64,000 bases of DNA from Candidatus Latescibacterota bacterium (GTDB lineage Bacteria > Latescibacterota > UBA2968 > UBA8231): the NCBI GenBank assembly GCA_965223905.1, contig CBDCXV010000002.1, positions 384,001 to 448,000 of the forward strand, written 5' to 3'. Below, one piece after another: positions 57,848 through 64,000 of the stretch. Within the stretch, counting starts at the first letter, position 1, and each line of letters begins with the position of its first letter. The notes beneath the pieces were generated by a model. That model did not search any database and had not been told where the DNA came from. It saw nothing but the letters and a program-made list of their open reading frames with translations. The position numbers and the translations under genes are program-made.

Positions 57848-59683
57848 ATGTACGTAACGACCTTCTACTCATTCAAGGGAGGAGTCGGCCGCACAATGGC
57901 TCTGGTCAACGCGGCCGTCGAGCTGGCCAACAGGGGCCGCCGGGTGCTCGCAGTGGATTTCGACCTGGAGGCGCCCGGGCTCGATACCTTCGAGGTCATG
58001 CAACCCCGTGACCAGGTCCCGGGGCTCATCGATTTCGTCAGCGAGTACCTGGCCTCGGGGCAGGCTCCGGAAGCCGGCCGATTCATAAGTCAGGCTTCAG
58101 ATGTGGGAAATAAAGGCGGCGGGATATGGATAATGCCGTCAGGACGCCCCGAAACTTACGCCGCGAATTTCCAGCAAATCGACTGGGGAATGTTATACGA
58201 CAAGCATGATGGTTACCTGTTGTTCGAAGACCTCAAGGAGCAATGGAACCGGGTCGTGACCCCCGACTATGTCCTGATTGATTCACGTACGGGGCACACC
58301 GACACGGGCGGCATATGTACCCGGCAGCTTCCCGATGCGGTGGTGATCCTGTTCTTTCCGAACGAACAGAACTTGCGGGGGTTGAGGCGGGTCGTCCGCG
58401 ATGTTCGAGCCGAAGCCGGTGAACCGCGCAGCAAGACAATCGAACTCCACTTCGTCATATCCAACGTTCCGGACCTGGACGACGAAGACAGGATTCTCGA
58501 CGACAAGATCGAGGCTTTTCAGGAACAGCTCGGCTTCCCTCGCGAGCCCATGATCGTGCACCGCTACGACAGTCTTTCCCTGCTGAACCAGGTCGTATTT
58601 ACGAAGGACCGTCCAAGAAGCAGGCTGGCTCGGGAATACAGGGAACTCGTCCGGGAAGTCTCCGGACGCAACTGGGCTGACCCCGACGGCGCGCTGGACT
58701 ATATCCTTCAAGTGGGCAGGCGAGGGGAGGGACAGGATGAGTCCATACAGACAAGAGAGGACATGCTCCTCAAGATTGAGACTTCCCACCCGGACGATGG
58801 GGAGATCCTGTTCCGTCTTGGAGAACTCAGAGAGCATGATGGGCAGCCGGAATTGGCAGCCTCGCTGGTCTCCCGTGCGATAGACGCGGGGTACGATGGA
58901 CCTGATGCATACTTGCAAAGGGCTCGAATTCGCGCACGCAACCATGACTCCGAGGGTGCGGAGCAGGACGCCCTGCGCGTGTTAGACTCAAAACAAGCGC
59001 CGCCCCCACCGATGGTCCGGGAAGCAATCTCGCGGATACACTCGTACGTACCTGAAGAAATTGCCGATTCAGCAGCGGTAACATCTCTGGACCCGGATGA
59101 GCAGATGTGGCTCGCGGGGACTCTGGATCGTAGTCCGGAGGAAATGCGGGCCGCGATACCCATATGGGAGCGTATCCTCCATCGCGACGACTTCTCCGAA
59201 ACAAGGCGCAAAAGCGCAGAGCATGAGTTGGGGCTGGCCTATATGGGAACTGGGAGGTGTTCCGATGCCGGAAGATTATTCCGGCACGACGACACTAACG
59301 AGATGAATATCCAGGATGCCTTCAATTACGGCATGGCTGTTTGGGGAGAAACCGGAACCGTTGAGCAACAGCCATTCTTGCGGGTTGTGGAACTCGACCA
59401 ATCAGGCACGCAGACGGAGAAAGGACCGAACTATTTCCAATGCATGGCAATTGCCTACTGGGCTACGGGGAAAAGGATATCCGCTGACCTAAATTTGGAA
59501 GAGGCCCAAAGGTCTGTGGCAGACATTATGCCCGTCGAGTTTAGTTGCTGGCGATACTGCCGTATCAAGGCCGACACTTTCCTTGCGGATTTGATGGAGA
59601 TTCGCGCGTTGATCAATGGCGATACGTCGCGAAAGCCCCTGTTTATTTATGGTGCAGAAAAAAAAGAGTACCCGGCTTCATAA
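57848..59683 (+). CDS. KGGVGR-variant ParA/MinD-like ATPase with C-terminal TPR-like repeats
   Basis: TFYSFKGGVGRTMAL.N, VDFDLEAPGL, DYVLIDSRTG, NEQN. Confidence 0.85.
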   Translation: MYVTTFYSFKGGVGRTMALVNAAVELANRGRRVLAVDFDLEAPGLDTFEVMQPRDQVPGLIDFVSEYLASGQAPEAGRFISQASDVGNKGGGIWIMPSGRPETYAANFQQIDWGMLYDKHDGYLLFEDLKEQWNRVVTPDYVLIDSRTGHTDTGGICTRQLPDAVVILFFPNEQNLRGLRRVVRDVRAEAGEPRSKTIELHFVISNVPDLDDEDRILDDKIEAFQEQLGFPREPMIVHRYDSLSLLNQVVFTKDRPRSRLAREYRELVREVSGRNWADPDGALDYILQVGRRGEGQDESIQTREDMLLKIETSHPDDGEILFRLGELREHDGQPELAASLVSRAIDAGYDGPDAYLQRARIRARNHDSEGAEQDALRVLDSKQAPPPPMVREAISRIHSYVPEEIADSAAVTSLDPDEQMWLAGTLDRSPEEMRAAIPIWERILHRDDFSETRRKSAEHELGLAYMGTGRCSDAGRLFRHDDTNEMNIQDAFNYGMAVWGETGTVEQQPFLRVVELDQSGTQTEKGPNYFQCMAIAYWATGKRISADLNLEEAQRSVADIMPVEFSCWRYCRIKADTFLADLMEIRALINGDTSRKPLFIYGAEKKEYPAS

Positions 59684-59937
59684 AGATTAATCGTCATACC
59701 AGCACAAGACGGCTCACAGCGGTTGATGTTTGCAGAAAAATCGCGGCAAAACCACCTGCGGACACACATCGTCAACAAGGTGGTACCTGAAATAAGAACA
59801 CTCGGCTGTCTCAGCGGTGGCGTAGATGAATCCATTGGCCCAGTACACACGGCGCGGCTCGCAGACGCCAAGTCAATCACCCCTGCGGCTCGCAATGGGT
59901 GGCGCCCGGGGTGCAGTCCCGGTATTGGGTTCTCCTC

Positions 59938-60873
59938 GTGAGTGACGCTCCGATCCGCCTTGCCGCATTCGACTGGCTCGCCGAGCAGGTTTCCCAGCAC
60001 GACGACGTCCTTCCTTGGTCGGTGCTCCACCGAGGTTTTGACTTCAAGGGCAATCGCATTCCGCTCGTCAGCATGCCGGGGATCTTCAAGCCACGCGCGT
60101 GCGAGCTGCCGCTCTCAATTCGGACCGCCGTCGATGGGCCCTACGACGACCGCGCGAGCGGCGGGGGACGCTTCCATTATGCGTATCGCGGAACCGACCC
60201 CAATCATCCGGACAACGCGGGGCTCCGTGAGCTCATGCAACAGCGCATCCCGCTCATCTATTTCTTCGGTCTCGTTCCCGCGCGCTACCTCCCTGCTTGG
60301 CCGGTGTTGGTCATCGGAGACGACCCGGGCGGACTAACCTTCACGATCCAGCTCGACGATACGGCAATGCTGGACTTCCACGAGGCAGTCTCGCCGGCCA
60401 AGTCCACCCACGGGTTGGTTGGCGAGGAGCGGCGCCGATATGTGACTCGCGAATTTCAGTTTCGCGTCCACCAGCGTTCATTTCGGGAGCGAGTCCTTCG
60501 TGCGTACCAGACCCAATGCGCGGTTTGCCGTCTAAGGCACCGTGAGCTCCTCGACGCAGCTCATATCGTTTCTGATAAGGAAGGGGGAGATCCGAGCGTG
60601 CCAAACGGCCTTTCCCTCTGCAAGCTGCATCACGCTGCGTATGACAAGCACTTTGTCGGGGTACGCCCGGACGGGATCATCGAGGTCCGCCGCGCCATTC
60701 TCGAGGAGCAGGACGGTCCGATGCTGCTCCACGGGCTGAAGCGGCTTCACCAGACCAGGATCTACCGGCCGAAAAATGCTGCGAATCGCCCAGATCCGCA
60801 CTTGCTGGAGACCCGCTACGCGCGTTTTGTTGCCGCAGGCAGCGACTCGCCCCTGCTCCCTCCAGCAAGCTGA
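59938..60873 (+). CDS. HNH endonuclease with SRA-like N-terminal region (putative restriction endonuclease)
   Basis: Q..FR..VL.AY...CAVC, LDAAHI, NGLSLCKLHH.AYD; Y.D....YAYRG....DN.GL. Confidence 0.8.
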   Translation: MSDAPIRLAAFDWLAEQVSQHDDVLPWSVLHRGFDFKGNRIPLVSMPGIFKPRACELPLSIRTAVDGPYDDRASGGGRFHYAYRGTDPNHPDNAGLRELMQQRIPLIYFFGLVPARYLPAWPVLVIGDDPGGLTFTIQLDDTAMLDFHEAVSPAKSTHGLVGEERRRYVTREFQFRVHQRSFRERVLRAYQTQCAVCRLRHRELLDAAHIVSDKEGGDPSVPNGLSLCKLHHAAYDKHFVGVRPDGIIEVRRAILEEQDGPMLLHGLKRLHQTRIYRPKNAANRPDPHLLETRYARFVAAGSDSPLLPPAS

Positions 60874-61490
60874 TCATCCAACGGAATCTGTGGTCCACGT
60901 TTCGCAGAGGTAGCTGTCCCTGTCGGCTCGCCTACCTCTCCCGGTTCTATAGCCTTCTCGGAGGTCTTGAAGGCCGGGTTCGGAGCGCCTTGTCCCTGAT
61001 GTCCCAGGGAACCATGTCCTCCGCGGCCAGGGCAATTGCCAGCAATCCGCCCTGGCCGGCTCCCGAGGCAGCCTCCTCGAGCCTGACCCCTCGCGTGCTG
61101 GCCAACCCTGTCGCCGCCCCGCTCCCCAACTGACGAATCCCAAGCCAACCACTGCTCACAGCCACATGTAGAACAGCTCTAACGCCCTCCCCGACCCAGC
61201 CGGCCGAAGCCCGAACAACAGCACGATTACGGAACGGCTTTGACGAAGCCGCCCCGTACGACTGCGTCCGACCCACAACACCAGCGCGATCCCCTTCGGG
61301 CCTTCTCCCAAGAGGCAGCCGGTTGCCCCCGCTCCGGGGTCAGGTGTTCCTGGACCGCCCCCCTTCACTCGTGCCGTCCATTTGTGGACGCCTGTCGTCC
61401 ATCGATGGACGATCACCCCCAGGGCCAAATCCATAACCGATTGTTTTTTCTTCACTTTGATTCTGGCACGGTGCTTGCGTAAGGGTCGCC

Positions 61491-62747
61491 ATGGACATGG
61501 ACCGGCCACTTACAGACGAACAGATCTGGAGAAGACGAGCCCGCAGGGCGGCTCCGGTGATCGGATTCGCCCTGGCCGCAGGCTTGGCCGCGGCGGTTCT
61601 CCCGGGTTGGGTCGCCCCGAGTCTCGAACGCCGCAATCTCCTGATTTCCACGGTGGACACAGGCCCCGTGGAGGCGGGTATCAGCGGTTCCGGAGTCATC
61701 GAGCCTTTGACGGAGCATGTCCTCTTTTCACCCGTCGATGCCGAGGTGCGCCAGATCCTGCGACAGCCTGGCGACCCGGTTGCCCCGCGGGAGGTGGTTT
61801 TTCACCTCGACGTCAGTCACTTGCGGCGGGATCTGGAGCAACTGCAGGGTGAAATCGACCTGCTCGCCAATCGCAGGACCCGGACCGAGACCGAACATCA
61901 ACAGCAGATGGACGATTTGCAGATGAAGCTGCGCATGACGCGTCTGTCGGCGGATGCTCTGGCGGTCAAGGCCCGGCAGACCCGCGAGATGCTGGAGTTC
62001 GGGGGCGTATCGAAAAACGCACTCGGCGAAATCGAGCTCGACCGGAAACGGGTTTCACTGGAACTGGAACAGCTGCAACGCCAGCAGACCCGGCTGCGCG
62101 CAGCCTTCATCAGCCGGCTCGAAGCGATCGAGCTGGAGTCGGCGGCGCTGCAGCTCAAGGTCGACCAGCTCCGGGAGGACCTGGCCTACGGCTCACTGCG
62201 CAGCTCGGTAAACGGTATCGTCACCCGGATCGGTGTCGAGGTGGGGGCAACGGTTCGGAAGGGCTCGGAGATTGCTCGCATCGCCGATCTGAGCGCCTAC
62301 AGGGCGGACGTCGTCGTTCCTGATATCCACGCCGATCTCCTCGCGCCGCAGATGCCGGTCCGCCTGGTGCTGTCCGATAATCGGGAACTGAGCGGCTGGA
62401 TCGAGCACGTCTTCCCCACCTCCGAGTCGAGCGCCGTACATCTTGATGTCCGCCTGAAGGAACCTTCCCATGGCGCCCTGCGGCCGAAGATGCGGGTGGA
62501 GGCCTGGATCGTCACCGAACGCCGGGCGCAGGTGCCCCGCCTGCCCAAGGGACCTATCCCCCGCGACGAACTGGGGGTGCGCCAGGCGTTCGTCCTGCGT
62601 GGGGAAAGCGCGGTCAGGACGCCGGTCAAGCTCGGCCTGATCGGCCGCAGCTATTTCGAGGTGGCAGCGGGACTTTCTGTCGGAGACGAAGTGTTGGCCA
62701 TCGACACCCAGCGGTTCCTGCAACGGGATCGAATAGCGATCGAATAA
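61491..62747 (+). CDS. Efflux transporter periplasmic adaptor (MacA/HlyD-like)
   Basis: N-terminal TM, lipoyl half motifs, coiled coil, GL..GD.V. Confidence 0.88.
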   Translation: MDMDRPLTDEQIWRRRARRAAPVIGFALAAGLAAAVLPGWVAPSLERRNLLISTVDTGPVEAGISGSGVIEPLTEHVLFSPVDAEVRQILRQPGDPVAPREVVFHLDVSHLRRDLEQLQGEIDLLANRRTRTETEHQQQMDDLQMKLRMTRLSADALAVKARQTREMLEFGGVSKNALGEIELDRKRVSLELEQLQRQQTRLRAAFISRLEAIELESAALQLKVDQLREDLAYGSLRSSVNGIVTRIGVEVGATVRKGSEIARIADLSAYRADVVVPDIHADLLAPQMPVRLVLSDNRELSGWIEHVFPTSESSAVHLDVRLKEPSHGALRPKMRVEAWIVTERRAQVPRLPKGPIPRDELGVRQAFVLRGESAVRTPVKLGLIGRSYFEVAAGLSVGDEVLAIDTQRFLQRDRIAIE

Positions 62748-62761
62748 GGAGGGATGCGAGA

Positions 62762-63427
<666 letters not shown>

Positions 63428-63453
63428 CGACGCCTGTCCGAGAGGAGCGCGCC

Positions 63454-64000
63454 ATGTGGAAGAACCACCTCAAAATCGCCCTGAAGGTGTTGTTGCGGCG
63501 CAAGTTCATCACCGCGGTCAGCCTTCTCGGGATCGGCTTTACACTGACCGTGCTGATGGTTGCGGCGGCCCTCGTCGACCACCGGATCGGACCCTGTCCT
63601 CCCGAGACCAGGGGGGACCGCCTGTTGAAAGTCACGGGTGCCTGCCTGGTCAATGAGGATTTCTACAAGGAAGGCTCAGGCTCGGTCTCCGCGGGGGGAC
63701 TCGGATTCGGCTTGGTAAGGCATGTAAAAAAACTGCAAACCCCTGAGAAGATCGCCGTCTACGAGAACAACCGGCAGCAGGCCACCTACCAGGGTGGAGA
63801 GAAGCGGCTGTTGGACGTCAAGGCGACCGACGCGGCGTACTGGGAGATCATGGAGTTCGATTTCCTCGAGGGGCGCCCGTTCACGGCTGACGAGGTTGCC
63901 GGGATGAGCGCCGTGGCCGTCATCGACCGGAAAACGGGAGCAGCCCTGTTCCCAGGTCAGCCGGCTGTCGGCCAAATTCTGGAAACGATCGAAAAGCGGT
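63454..64000 (+). CDS. ABC transporter permease (MacB-like), runs off window edge
   Basis: MWKNHLKIALKVLLRRKF.T.VSLLGI; F.EGRPF. Confidence 0.8.
   Translation, partial: MWKNHLKIALKVLLRRKFITAVSLLGIGFTLTVLMVAAALVDHRIGPCPPETRGDRLLKVTGACLVNEDFYKEGSGSVSAGGLGFGLVRHVKKLQTPEKIAVYENNRQQATYQGGEKRLLDVKATDAAYWEIMEFDFLEGRPFTADEVAGMSAVAVIDRKTGAALFPGQPAVGQILETIEKR

Overview
High-GC bacterial chromosomal DNA. The gene set (PhyH dioxygenases, Asp-box/sialidase-like proteins, TRAP transporter, enolase-superfamily enzyme, DUF1080, FlgD-type and dockerin-like secreted proteins) resembles Latescibacterota/Gemmatimonadota-like genomes; this is inference only. The centre (~16.6-39.4 kb) is a defence island built on a type I R-M operon: hsdM-orf375-orf125-miniORF-hsdS-orf317-PIN-hsdR, where HsdR carries a C-terminal LexA/S24 peptidase domain. 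Two apparently homologous accessory modules of the form 'scaffold + antitoxin-like tail, then small toxin' are embedded in the operon. One of them is split by a 10,729-bp IS1595-family cargo transposon (26023-36751) with 88-bp terminal inverted repeats and an 8-bp target duplication. The transposon carries two transposases, TIR-domain and DUF4145 genes, secreted proteins, at least two highly structured RNA candidates, a type I toxin-like peptide with a distant antisense copy, and duplicated promoter and mini-ORF modules. Elsewhere are a frameshifted M6 protease-WD40-FlgD gene between 19-bp direct repeats, an ATRR-like A-T-R reductase, an MqsRA-like/KGGVGR-TPR/HNH islet and a MacAB-type exporter. 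All family calls come from motif recognition by eye; no database searches or folding programs were run.
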